From: Octopus sinensis
Taxonomy: Eukaryota
DNA: 64,000 nt
Reading direction: 5' to 3'
Assembly: GCF_006345805.1 (NCBI RefSeq)
Contig: NW_021832845.1
Location: 1-64,000, forward strand
Below, one piece after another: positions 48,045-59,319 of the stretch (within the stretch, counting starts at the first letter, position 1; each line of letters starts with the position of its first letter). A program made the translations under genes and the position numbers. The notes beneath the pieces were generated by a model. The model had not been told where the DNA came from. It did not search any database and was given only the letters and a program-made list of their open reading frames with translations.

Positions 48045-48892
48045 TATTCAGTCTTTCAGTCTTTTACTTGTTTCAGTCATTTGACTGCGGCCATGCTGGA
48101 GCACCACCTTTTTTCGAGCAACTCAACTCCGAGACTTATTCTTTGTAAGCCCAGTACTTATTCTATCGGTCGCTAAGTGACGGCGACGTAAACACACCAG
48201 CATCGGTTGTCAAGCAATGCTAGGGGGACAAACACACACACACACATACATACAGTTTCCGTCTACCAAATCCACTCACAAGGCTTTGGTCGGCCCGAGG
48301 CTATAGTAGAAGACACTTGCCCAAGGTGCCACGCAATGGGACTGAACCCGGAACCATGTGGTTGGTAAACAAGCTACTTACCACACAGCCACTCCTGCGC
48401 CTATATATAGAGAGATATATAATATAATTTCACTAACCAAATTGATAAATGGAGGAGTTCCCATATTACAAATACATAACAAAAACATTAATAAACTCAT
48501 TATAGGCGCAGGAGTGGCTGTGTGGTAAGTAGCTTGCTAACCAACCACATGGTTCCGGGTTCAGTCTCACTGCGTGGCATCTTGAGCAAATGTCTTCTGC
48601 TATAGCCCCGGGCCGACCAATGCCTTGTGAGTGGATTTGGTAGACGGAAACTGAAAGAAGCCCGTCATATATATGTATATATATGTGTTTGTGTGTCTGT
48701 GTTTGTCCCCCTAGTATTGCTTGACAACCGATGCTGGTGTGTTTACGTCCCCGTCACTTAGTGGTTCGGTAAAAGAGACCGATAGAATAAGTACTGGGCT
48801 TACAAAGAATAAGTCCTTGGGGTCGATTTGCTCGACTAAAGGCGGTGCTCCAGCATGGCCGCAGTCAAATGACTGAAACAAGTAAAAGAGTA
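48045..48892. mobile_element. Two main-family SINEs in nad4 NUMT (- ~48045-48405, + ~48503-48892)
   Basis: Family consensus; separated by a 90-bp nad4 piece. Confidence 0.85.
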
Positions 48893-49272
48893 TCTCTCTA
48901 TATATAAACGGCAGTTTGTCTGTGTGCGTGTCTGTTAGGTTGTACCCTCACCCTGACCACGGCTTTCAACCGATTCTGATGAAACTTGACACACACATAG
49001 CCCAATGTCATAATTCAAAACTAACGCAGCGAATATTTTGAAAAGTTCCCCCCAGTTCTGGAAAAGATCGATAAATTCGACGTGGGGTCGACAATCAGAC
49101 ACACAAACCACAGATGGTCTAGGGGACGCAACTCGACCTTTTTAACTCTCAAAAAAAAAATTTACCATCATTTTTTTCACCATTTTTTTGCTATTTTTTG
49201 GCTATAACTCTCTAAAAATGCTTTATAGTTATTTCCCTTACAAACCCGAGCAACGCCGGGCGATACTGCTAG
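48893..49272 (+). mobile_element. Non-autonomous Helitron-like element in NUMT
   Basis: A|TC ... CCCGAGCAACGCCGGGCGATACTGCTAG|T; near-identical to 577-960. Confidence 0.82.
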
Positions 49273-49477
49273 TACTATATAATTACCACCTAAAAACTTA
49301 AATAATCCTATAAATCGTATAATTCCATACCCTCCTAATTTTAATAATACACCTGCCAGAATTATAGACCCAGAAATGGGAGCTTCTACATGAGCCTTAG
49401 GTAATCACAAATGAAAAAGGTAAATTGGTAATTTTACCGAAAAAGCTAATAATAACCCAATAACTCAATATAACCTC

Positions 49478-52400
49478 ATCATCATCATCATCATCGTTTA
49501 ACGTCCGTTTTCCGCGCTAGCACGGGTTGGACGGTTCGACCGGGGTCTGGGAAGCCAGGGGCTGCTCCAGGCTCCAGTCTGATCTGGCAGAGTTTCTACA
49601 GCTGGATGCCCTTCCTAACGCCAACCACTCCGCGAGTGTAGTGGGTGCTTTTTACGTGCCACCTGCACAGGTGCCAGGGGGGGGGGGTCCGGCATCGGTC
49701 ACGATCGGTTGGAGCTTTTAATGTGCCAGCAGCACGGAAGCCAGCCAAGGCGGGGCTGGCAACGTTCGGACGGTCCTTTTTATGTGCCACCGGCACAGGG
49801 GCCAGTCGGGGCGGCGCTGGCATCGGCCACGTTCGGACGGTCCTTTTTATGTGCCACCGGCACAGGGGCCAGTCGGGGCGGCGCTGGCATCGGCCACGTT
49901 CGGATGGTGCTTTTTATGTGCCACCAGCACAGGGGCCAGTCGGGGCAGCGCTGGCATCGGCCACGTTCGGATGGTGCTTTTTATGTGCCACCAGCACAGG
50001 GGCCAGTCGGGGCGGCGCTGGCATCGGCCACGTTCGGATGGTGCTTTTTATGTGCCACCGGCACAGGGGCCAGTCGGGGCGGCGCTGGCATCGGCCACGT
50101 TCGGATGGTGCTTTTTATGTGCCACCAGCACAGGGGCCAGTCGGGGCGGCGCTGGCATCGGCCACGTTCGGATGGTGCTTTTTATGTGCCACCAGCACAG
50201 GGGCCAGTCGGGGCGGCGCTGGCATCGGCCACGTTCGGATGGTGCTTTTTATGTGCCACCAGCACAGGGGCCAGTCGGGGCGGCGCTGGCATCGGCCACG
50301 TTCGGATGGTGCTTTTTATGTGCCACCGGCACAGGGGCCAGTCGGGGCGGCGCTGGCATCGGCCACGTTCGGATGGTGCTTTTTATGTGCCACCAGCACA
50401 GGGGCCAGTCGGGGCGGCGCTGGCATCGGCCACGTTCGGATGGTGCTTTTTATGTGCCACCAGCACAGGGGCCAGTCGGGGCGGCGCTGGCATCGGCCAC
50501 GTTCGGATGGTGCTTTTTATGTGCCACCAGCACAGGGGCCAGTCGGGGCGGCGCTGGCATCGGCCACGTTCGGATGGTGCTTTTTATGTGCCACCAGCAC
50601 AGGGGCCAGTCGGGGCGGCGCTGGCATCGGCCACGTTCGGATGGTGCTTTTTATGTGCCACCAGCACAGGGGCCAGTCGGGGCGGCGCTGGCATCGGCCA
50701 CGTTCGGATGGTGCTTTTTATGTGCCACCAGCACAGGGGCCAGTCGGGGCGGCGCTGGCATCGGCCACGTTCGGATGGTGCTTTTTATGTGCCACCAGCA
50801 CAGGGGCCAGTCGGGGCGGCGCTGGCATCGGCCACGTTCGGATGGTGCTTTTTATGTGCCACCGGCACAGGGGCCAGTCGGGGCGGCGCTGGCATCGGCC
50901 ACGTTCGGATGGTGCTTTTTATGTGCCACCGGCACAGGGGCCAGTCGGGGCGGCGCTGGCATCGGCCACGTTCGGATGGTGCTTTTTATGTGCCACCAGC
51001 ACAGGGGCCAGTCGGGGCGGCGCTGGCATCGGCCACGTTCGGATGGTGCTTTTTATGTGCCACCGGCACAGGGGCCAGTCGGGGCGGCGCTGGCATCGGC
51101 CACATTCGGATGGTGCTTTTTATGTGCCACCAGCACAGGGGCCAGTCGGGGCGGCGCTGGCATCGGCCACGTTCGGATGGTGCTTTTTATGTGCCACCGG
51201 CACAGGGGCCAGTCGGGGCGGCGCTGGCATCGGCCACGTTCGGATGGTGCTTTTTATGTGCCACCAGCACAGGGGCCAGTCGGGGCGGCGCTGGCATCGG
51301 CCACGTTCGGATGGTGCTTTTTATGTGCCACCAGCACAGGGGCCAGTCGGGGCGGCGCTGGCATCGGCCACGTTCGGATGGTGCTTTTTATGTGCCACCG
51401 GCACAGGGGCCAGTCGGGGGGCGCTGGCATCGGCCACGTTCGGATGGTGCTTTTTATGTGCCACCGGCACAGGGGCCAGTCGGGGCGGCGCTGGCATCGG
51501 CCACATTCGGATAGTGCTTTTTATGTGCCACCAGCACAGGGGCCAGTCGGGGCGGCGCTGGCATCGGCCACGTTCGGATGGTGCTTTTTATGTGCCACCG
51601 GCACAGGGGCCAGTCGGGGCGGCGCTGGCATCGGCCACGTTCGGATGGTGCTTTTTATGTGCCACCAGCACAGGGGCCAGTCGGGGCGGCGCTGGCATCG
51701 GCCACGTTCGGATGGTGCTTTTTATGTGCCACCAGCACAGGGGCCAGTCGGGGCGGCGCTGGCATCGGCCACGTTCGGATGGTGCTTTTTATGTGCCACC
51801 GGCACAGGGGCCAGTAGGGGCGGCGCTGGCATCGGCCACGTTCGGATGGTGCTTTTTATGTGCCACCAGCACAGGGGCCAGTCGGGGCGGCGCTGGCATC
51901 GGCCACGTTCGGATGGTGCTTTTTATGTGCCACCAGCACAGGGGCCAGTCGGGGCGGCGCTGGCATCGGCCACATTCGGATGGTGCTTTTTATGTGCCAC
52001 CAGCACAGGGGCCAGTCGGGGCGGCGCTGGCATCGGCCACATTCGGATAGTGCTTTTTATGTGCCACCAGCACAGGGGCCAGTCGGGGCGGCGCTGGCAT
52101 CGGCCACGTTCGGATGGTGTTTTATGTGCCACCAGCACAGGGGCCAGTCGGGGCGGCGCTGGCATCGGCCACGTTCGGATGGTGCTTTTTATGTGCCACC
52201 AGCACAGGGGCCAGTCGGGGCGGCGCTGGCATCGGCCACATTCGGATGGTGCTTTTTATGTGCCACCAGCACAGGGGCCAGTCGGGGCGGCGCTGGCATC
52301 GGCCACATTCGGATGGTGCTTTTTATGTGCCACCAGCACAGGGGCCAGTCGGGGCGGCGCTGGCATCGGCCACATTCGGATGGTGCTTTTTATGTGCACC

Positions 52401-52530
52401 AGCACAGGGGCCAGTCGGGGCGGCGCTGGCATCGGCCACATTCGGATGGTGCTTTTTATGTGCCACCAGCACAGGGGCCAGTCGGGGCGGCGCTGGCATC
52501 GGCCACGTTCGGATGGTGCTTTTTATGTGC
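49478..52530 (-). mobile_element. RTE 3' tail whose internal repeat expanded into a long array
   Basis: (CAT)n tail at 49478, conserved 3' UTR to ~49680, then the array; inserted in nad4. Confidence 0.88.
49735..52530. repeat. 67-bp GC-rich tandem array (~42 units)
   Basis: Unit TATGTGCCACCAGCACAGGGGCCAGTCGGGGCGGCGCTGGCATCGGCCACGTTCGGATGGTGCTTTT; period 67 (CACAGGGG at 49861, 49928). Confidence 0.97.
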
Positions 52531-52971
52531 CATATTATTAATAAACAACAATTTAATTAAATCTATTCTATATGATCCTTCTTGATATCCCCACAATAAT
52601 AAACACAATAATAAAGGTAAAGAAGCACTTACTGTATATAATATTATATATATCCCAGCTTGTAAACGCTCAGGTTGATAGCCCCAACTTAAAATCAACA
52701 ACAATGTAGGAATTAATGAAACCTCGAAAAATAAATAAAATATAATTAAATTTTCTACCAAAAAAAACACAATTACTACAAAACATAGTAATAATACACA
52801 AAAAGAAAAAAATCTCACCTTATTATTAATCCTTTTTACTGATTTATAACTAGATAATAATATTAAACTACTTGTTCAAAATCTTAATAATACCAAAATC
52901 ATCGATACCTTATCTAAAGAAAAATAAAACTCCCTCACCCCCCTACAATCAATATTTAAATATTTTAATCT

Positions 52972-53835
52972 CATCATCATCATCATTTAGCATCCGTTGT
53001 CCATGCTAGCATGGGTTGGACGGTTTAACTGGTGTCTGTGAAGCCGGAAGGCTTCATCAGGCCCAGTCAGATTTGGCAGTGTTTCTACGGCTGGATGCCC
53101 TTCCTAACGCCAACCACTCCGCGAGTGTAGTGGGTGTTTTTTACATGCCACCTGCACAAGTGCCAGACAGAGCTGGCACAACGGCCACGAACGGACGGTG
53201 CTTTTACGTGTCACCGGCATGGAGGGCAACCCGAGGCTGGCAAAACCTAAAAATTAATATATATCATAAACGTAAACTCCCACTTTAATCAAAAATTCAA
53301 CGACAACAATATAATAATTCCTATTAATATTCCTATAATTTATAAACTCTTAAACTCATTACGTAATCATTACCATGTAAACGAATAAAACTAACTAATA
53401 AAGATAACCCTAAAGAAGCCTCACAAACTCCAAAAACAACCACATCATCATCATCATCATCATTTAGCGTCCATTTTCCATGCTAGCATGGGTTAGACGG
53501 TTTAACTGGGGTCTGTGAAGCCGGGAGGCTTCATCAGGCCCAGTCAGATTGGCAGTGTTTCTACGGCTAGATGCCCTTCCTAAAGCCAACCATTCCGTGA
53601 GTGTAGTGGGTGCTTTTACGTGCCACCTGCACAGGTGCCAGACGGAGCTGGTAAACGGCCACGGACGGATGGTGCTTTTTACATGCCACTGGCACGGGGG
53701 CCAGGCAAGGCTGGCAACGGACACGAGCGGATGGTGCTTTTACGTGCCAATGGCACGGGGGCCAGGCGAGGGTGGCAACGGACAAACGATCGGATGGTTC
53801 GCTTAACCACAGCTGCAATTTCCACTGATGTTGAT
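52972..53835 (-). mobile_element. Two RTE 3' tails in the NUMT (~52972-53243 and ~53444-53835)
   Basis: (CAT)n-TTTAGCGTCC tails and 3' UTR matching 38027-38711. Confidence 0.85.
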
Positions 53836-53966
53836 TAAATATAAATTTAATCTAACTATACCTACAGAAAAGAAAAATATAGAAATTACTCTTAATGTCA
53901 ACACTTCAAAACCTAATAAAATATTTAAAATATGTTTCCACTGAAATAATAAAACAAACAAACCAC

Positions 53967-54001
<35 letters not shown>

Positions 54002-54409
54002 TAATAGTAATAATAATTGTGTACAGTGCTCAGGTGCACTACAACTCATCTAAAGTGTATATATAATCAGGTGTAGTTTCGGTGGATTTCGGAAAGCATG
54101 AGGGCCTTAAAGGATGCAGTGTCATGGCAGTCAACAACTGACGCAGGCAGTTTATTCCATGCTTCAGCAACTCTGAGCGTGAAGAAATGTTTCCGAAAGT
54201 AATGGGAGCTGTGCTGTTTTCTGACTTTGTAGGCATGTCCACGTGTGTTAGACTCATGGAGATCAAAAAGGTGTTCAGTGTTGTTGTTGGTGAGGTGGTT
54301 GATAACTTTGTGGGTGTTTACCAAGTCCGTCGCCAGATGCCGGAGCTTCAGTGAATCCATGCCCAGGGAAACAAGGCGCTCAGAATATGGTAGGTGTCTG
54401 ATGGAGGTG

Positions 54410-54471
<62 letters not shown>

Positions 54472-54499
54472 CTAACAATAAACAATTATTTATAATCAT
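53331..54499 (-). pseudogene. nad4L: NUMT nad4L (pieces ~53331-53443, 53836-53975, 54470-54499)
   Basis: ATG at 54499-54497; CGLFVLLFQWKHILNILLGFE; VFGVCEASLGLSLLVSFIRLHGNDYV. Confidence 0.88.
54020..54412 (-). mobile_element. CR1-clade LINE 3' end with (TTA)n tail (tail ~53975-54018)
   Basis: DLVNTHKVI...NTRGHAYKVRKQ...RKHFFTLRVAEAWNKLPASVV...FKALM. Confidence 0.85.
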
Positions 54500-54503
54500 A
54501 CAC

Positions 54504-54568
54504 GTTATAATAGTTTATATAAAACATTGGTCTTGTAAACCAAAATTAAATATTTTATTTTTATAACT
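54504..54568 (+). pseudogene. trnT: Mitochondrial tRNA-Thr copy (NUMT)
   Basis: GTTATAA...TTATAAC acceptor stem; TTGGT-CTTGTAA-ACCAA anticodon arm (TGT); opposite strand to neighbours, as in molluscan mtDNA. Confidence 0.85.
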
Positions 54569-54579
54569 ATTCTTTTAAA

Positions 54580-54643
54580 AGGTTATAAGTGAATCGAACA
54601 CTTATAAAAGGTTTTCAAAACCTATATTTATCCAATATAACCT
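54580..54643 (-). pseudogene. trnS2: Mitochondrial tRNA-Ser(UCN) copy (NUMT)
   Basis: AGGTTATA...TATAACCT; anticodon loop with TGA; T-loop GTTCGATTC. Confidence 0.85.
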
Positions 54644-56764
54644 AATAATCTAATATATATATTCATAATATATCTAAAATAGGTCGAATTAAAAAACAAG
54701 TAAAATATAAAACCCTAAAAATACGACCAATTATTTCATATGGATATTCTACTGGACAACTCCCAATCCATGTTAAAATAAAAAATACACCAATTAAAAA
54801 TCAAAAACAAAACTGTCCTAAAAAATTATAACACAAACCTATACATCCTCTAACATGTAAAAATGGACAAATAAACAAAACAACAATAGATATTCCTAAA
54901 CTAACTACTCCCCCTAATTTATTAGGAATTGAACGCAGAATAGCATAAGCAAACAAAAAATATCACTCAGGCTTAATATGAATAGGAGTAACTAAAGGAT
55001 TCGCAGGAATAAAATTCTCAGCATCTCCCAACATATTAGGAAACAATAAGCTCAATTCAACTAATGCAAATAATATTACAAGAAACCCTAAAATATCTTT
55101 ATACGAGGGGCGTTCAATAAGTAATGCCTCTGACCCACTTGCAGTTGTTTAATTTAGCTGAAATTTTGCATGTGCAATTATTTATATCTCTATAGATTAA
55201 GTGGCAAATTACAGCTCTGAACTAATTGTGGTTTCCGATTTACAGGTGTTTGAACTGAGTCAAGTGTGAAATGGAGCCTGTTGAGTGTCGAGCAGTGATC
55301 CGGTTTTTGTATTTGAAAGGACGCACACCACGGGAGACTTTTGATGAAATGAAAGTAACTTATGGTGATGATGCCCCATCATATGACCTTGTAAAACGCT
55401 GGCATCGTGAATTCAAACATGGTCGGAACTCTGTGGAAACAGCTCCCAGATCTGGTCGCCCCCTTCTGCCATTGATGAGGCATCTGTCTGTCAAGTTGAG
55501 GCTGCCATTTTGGAAGATCGACGCATAACTATTCGCCAAATAGCCCATGAGGTCAAGATTAGTACCGGGTCTGTGGAAACTATCATTCATGACCATTTGC
55601 TTATGCAAAAGGTGTCTGCCAGATGGATTCCCAGGTTGCTCACACCTTTCCAGAAGCAAGAACGCGTCGATTGCTCGAGGATGAATTTGGAGATGTGCCA
55701 AGAAGATGAGTCAAAATTTTTCAAAAGACTGATTGCATAGGATAAAACCTGGGTCCATCACTATGATCCAGAGACCAAAGCCCAGTCAATGCAGTGGAAG
55801 CACCGTGACTCACCTCCTCCAAAGAAGGCAAGGGTGCAGCCCTCCGCTGGCAAGGTCATGCTTACAGTCTTCTGGGACCTGGACGGAGTAGTGAAGACAG
55901 ATTTCCTGGCAAAGGGTGCCACAATTACAGGAGTCTATTATGCTTCACTTTTGAGGAAATTAAGAGAAGCTATCAAAATCAAGAGGTGGGGCAAGATCAG
56001 CAAAGGCATCCTTCTCCTGCAGGACAACGCTCTGATCCACAACTCGCGTGTCGCCAGATCAGAAGCACAGGCGTGCGGCTATGAACTGATCCCCCATCCC
56101 CCCTACTCTCCTGACCTTGCACCCTCTGATTTTCACCTCTTCCCAGCCATGAAGTTGTTTTTAAAGGAAAGCATTTCCCAGATGATGCAGCCTTGATTTC
56201 TGAAGTCACGTCGTGGTTGGAGGACCAAGCTGGGGTCTTCTACGAAAACGGTCTTCAGAGCTGCATCAAACGATGGGAGAAATGCGTAACTCTGGGTTGT
56301 TCCTATGTAGAAAAAGACTAATAACTGTTCCAAGTTTCGTTGCTCTACTGCTATGGGAAGTGGGTCAGGGGCATTACTTATCGAACGCGCCTCGTATCTA
56401 TGATAATGATGAAAAGGAATTTTATCTAAATCTCTATTTAATCCAAAAGGATTATTTGGACTTCCTTCATACAAAAATAAAAAATGTAAAATAACCAACC
56501 CCACAATAATAAAAGGAAATAAAAAATGAAAACAAAAAAACCGACTCAAAGTAGCATTATCAACAGAAAATCCTCCTCAAATTCAATATACTAAAACCTC
56601 CCCAATATATGGAACAACAGAAACTAAGTTAGTAAATACCGTAGCCCCCACCCAAAATGATATCTGACCTCAAGGTCATAACCTACAAATCCAGTTAACA
56701 CCACCCCAACGGTTCAAGTATAAATACTTATGTATGAACCATAATATAAACCACGACCAATATG
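54644..56764 (-). pseudogene. cob: NUMT cytochrome b, 3' two-thirds (pieces 54644-55103, 56397-56764)
   Basis: [83 protein letters not shown]. Confidence 0.95.
55104..56394 (+). mobile_element. Full-length mariner (DD34D, irritans/Hsmar2-like), transposase 55271-56321 inactivated
   Basis: 1291 bp; 37-bp TIRs with 3 mismatches (CGAGGGGCGTTCAATAAGTAATGCC...); TA TSD; motifs [34 protein letters not shown]; frameshifts ~55500 and ~56165, stop ~55738. Confidence 0.95.
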
Positions 56765-57060
56765 CATATCTCTTTTACTCTTTTACTTGTTTCAGTCATT
56801 TGACTGCGGCCATGCTGGAGCACCGCTTTTAGTCGAGCAACTCGACCCCGGGACTTATTCTTTGAAAGCCCAGTACTTATTCTATCGGTCTCTTTTGCCG
56901 AACCGCTAGGTAACGGGGACATAAACACACCAGCATTGGTTGTCCAGCAATGCTAGGGGGACAAACACAGACACACAAACACACACATATACATATATAT
57001 ATAGACATATATACAACAGGCTTCTTTCAGTTTCCGTCTACCAAATCCACTCACAAGGCG
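56765..57060 (-). mobile_element. Main-family SINE at the right NUMT border
   Basis: Reverse complement of the family tail and body. Confidence 0.8.
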
Positions 57061-57674
57061 TTGAGTGATGCATAGTTTTAATAGCAGACACTTGGGGTCG
57101 ATTTGCTCAACTAAAGGTGGTGCTCCAGCATGGCCACAGTGAAATGACTAGAACAAGTAAAAGAGTAACTTCTAATGAAGTTTTAAACAAACACCTTTCA
57201 AATGACATAGATTATGATTACAAAAAATTTGTGGGGAAAATTTTTCCTGAGTGGGTGGAAAGAGGAGTTTCGGATGAAGAAGACCAAATAAGTTGGAACT
57301 AATCTCCATATACCCTGAGTCCACAGCATCCAAGTGGTATTTGTTGAAAATTTCATTAAAAAGTATCCAATTTCCTGGAAGTTATGAGGCAACAAAGTCG
57401 GTGGGGTACACATCTATAGTTACGGCTTTTTTAAACATTATTTTTTAAAAAGCTTTTATAGAGAAACAACATCGGTGAGGATTGTCCATTGTTAGGTCTA
57501 AATTATATTACAGACTTTTAACATGCTACATCCATATCATTTAATTAAAAATAATTTTCATTAATTACATAGATGCAATGGTTGGCCCGAGGCTATAGTT
57601 GAAAACTCTTCCCCAAAGTAGTTCTGAGCATGAAATCATGTGGTTGGGAAGCTTGCTAAATAATATTTGGGATA

Positions 57675-57842
57675 CCTCTGTCGCAACTAAGTATTGATGC
57701 AGATGCCTTATCTACGATTCCTTATGACGATCCGATCAATGATTTTGCAATTCAAAAAAGTAGGAGAAAGTTTTATTTGAATTACATAATCTTTTAAGGA
57801 GACACCAAATTCTTTTAAGTGCTTAGGGCCTCGATGGCCCTG
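57675..57842 (+). mobile_element. hAT-like transposon 3' remnant
   Basis: QLSIDADALSTIPYDDPINDFAIQKSRRKFYL* resembles the hAT dimerisation-domain end; terminal GGCCCTG. Confidence 0.5.
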
Positions 57843-58057
57843 CCCAACGTGGAATTTAAAAAGACTTACCCGAGAACAAGTATTGCAGTAACGTCAATGG
57901 TGCCTCTGCTGACAAATTCTTCACCAATGAAATTCAACCACGGCAGCTTCTATTAACTTCTTGGCTGTGTGTCAGTGTCAGTTCTTGTCCGTGTCTCTGT
58001 GTGCTTGTTCTTATCTGTGTGTGTCTGTTCTGTTTTTAAGTATTTATGCAAAGCTTT

Positions 58058-58366
58058 GGTACTACTAGCGACAGTGGTTCCGGGTGCGCATGCATGCATC
58101 TGCGCCAGCTAGTGGTCAGTAGTCAATCCTACAACAACTTTTTAACCCTAACCCTAACCCTAACCTTAGTTGGTTTATAAAGATAATTTATTTACTTAGT
58201 TTACAAAATTATTTACTTTGCGTTTTATTTACTTTGTTTGAAAAATATTATTTAATTTTCTTTGATATGGATTCAGCCTTGAGATACAAACACAAGCGGA
58301 AGTCATTGTAGGATCGACTACTTACGACTAACTAGTGCACCGGCACCACTGTTCGCTAGTAGTACC
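58058..58366. mobile_element. MITE with ~21-bp TIRs and an internal telomere-type repeat
   Basis: GGTACTACTAGCGACAGTGGT ... ACCACTGTTCGCTAGTAGTACC; (TAACCC)3TAACC at 58143-58165. Confidence 0.65.
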
Positions 58367-58594
58367 CAAGACTTTTTGGTTAAACTAAAGCGTTTGACCC
58401 GGTCATAAAAAAAAAAAGTTTCGCCTTTAGTCGAGCGACTCGACCCCGGGACTTATTCTTTGTAAGCCTAGTACTTATTCTATCGGTCTCTTTTGCCGAA
58501 CCGCTAAGTGACGGGTACATAAACACACCAGCATTGGTTGTCAAGCAATGCTAGGGGGACAAACACAGACACACATACACATACACGCATATAT

Positions 58595-58934
58595 CATCAT
58601 CATCATCATCATTTAGCGTCCGCTTTCCATGCTAACATGGGTTGGACGGTTCAACTGGGGTCTGTGAAGCTGGAAGGCTTCGTCAGGCCCAGTCAGATCT
58701 GGCAGTGTTTCTACGGCTGGATGCCCTTCCTAACGCCAACCACTCCGTGAGTGTAGTGGGTGCTTTTTACGTGCCACCTGCACAGGTGCCAGACAGAGCT
58801 GGCAAACGGCCACGAACGGACAGTGCTTTGAGGAAGCACCTGATGGGCCTAGGGCTTTCCCTGTTTTCATGCTTGTAATTGCCTTATCTACTAAGGAACT
58901 GTCAACTTGGATTGCTGGTCCCTCTGTTGGGTCA

Positions 58935-58935
<1 letters not shown>
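58595..58935 (-). mobile_element. Internally deleted RTE: 3' tail fused to a mid-ORF fragment
   Basis: 58595-58822 is 3' UTR; 58823-58935 encodes DPTEGPAIQVDSSLVDKAITSMKTGKALGPSGA, homologous to ~36345-36440. Confidence 0.7.
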
Positions 58936-58968
<33 letters not shown>

Positions 58969-59250
58969 TATATACATATACATATATACGACGGGCTTCT
59001 TTCAGTTTCCGTCTGCCAAATCCACTCACAAGGCTTTGGTCGGCTTGAGGCTATAGTAGAAGACACTTGCCCAAGGTGCCACGCAGTGGGACTGAACCCG
59101 GAACCATGTTATGTTTATTTCATGGAATGTTGACCTCGTACTTTTGAGTTTGGCCTCTGGCTTCATCATGTGTACAGTCTTGAACAGCCAGAGGCTGTTC
59201 AGCTTTCATATAATGAGTATCTATCAATCTAACTAATTATATATATATAA

Positions 59251-59289
59251 ACCTGAAGATTGTCGATCAAGACAAGAAACGATTGTAGT
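59251..59289 (+). ncRNA. Minimal hammerhead-like motif with intact catalytic core
   Basis: CTGAAGA (59253-59259); perfect stem II TTGTC-GATCAA-GACAA; GAAA; C-GATT-G stem III; GUA triplet; only 2 bp of stem I remain because the 5' side abuts (TA)n. Confidence 0.55.
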
Positions 59290-59319
59290 GGCGTTTTTTT
59301 TTACTATTTATTAAAATTT

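Larger units (their letters stand above)
47826..53330 (-). pseudogene. nad4: NUMT nad4 (pieces ~47826-48044, 48412-48502, 49273-49477, 52531-52971, 53244-~53330)
   Basis: [84 protein letters not shown]. Confidence 0.92.

Noticed and set aside
49645-52585. Very long ORFs (801, 601, 919 aa) in all three + frames
   Set aside because: Artefact of a stop-free 67-bp non-coding tandem unit (67-aa periodicity cycling through frames) derived from an RTE 3' UTR and inserted into nad4.
56133-56549. 138-aa minus-strand ORF as an intact cytochrome b
   Set aside because: Chimeric: cob sequence runs into the antisense strand of the mariner at 56396.
45255-56764. Genuine mitochondrial genome or mitochondrial/nuclear misassembly
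   Set aside because: Genes are interrupted by nuclear TEs with precise TSDs (TCCCC, TA) and carry indels, so this is a true nuclear pseudogene. The tRNA copies are likewise not called functional.
2924-59029. Recurrent ORFs containing LRLDALPNANHSVSVVGAF or HSQGIGRPGAIAEDTCPRCHAVGLNPEP
   Set aside because: Incidental translations of RTE 3' UTRs and SINE bodies, not host genes.
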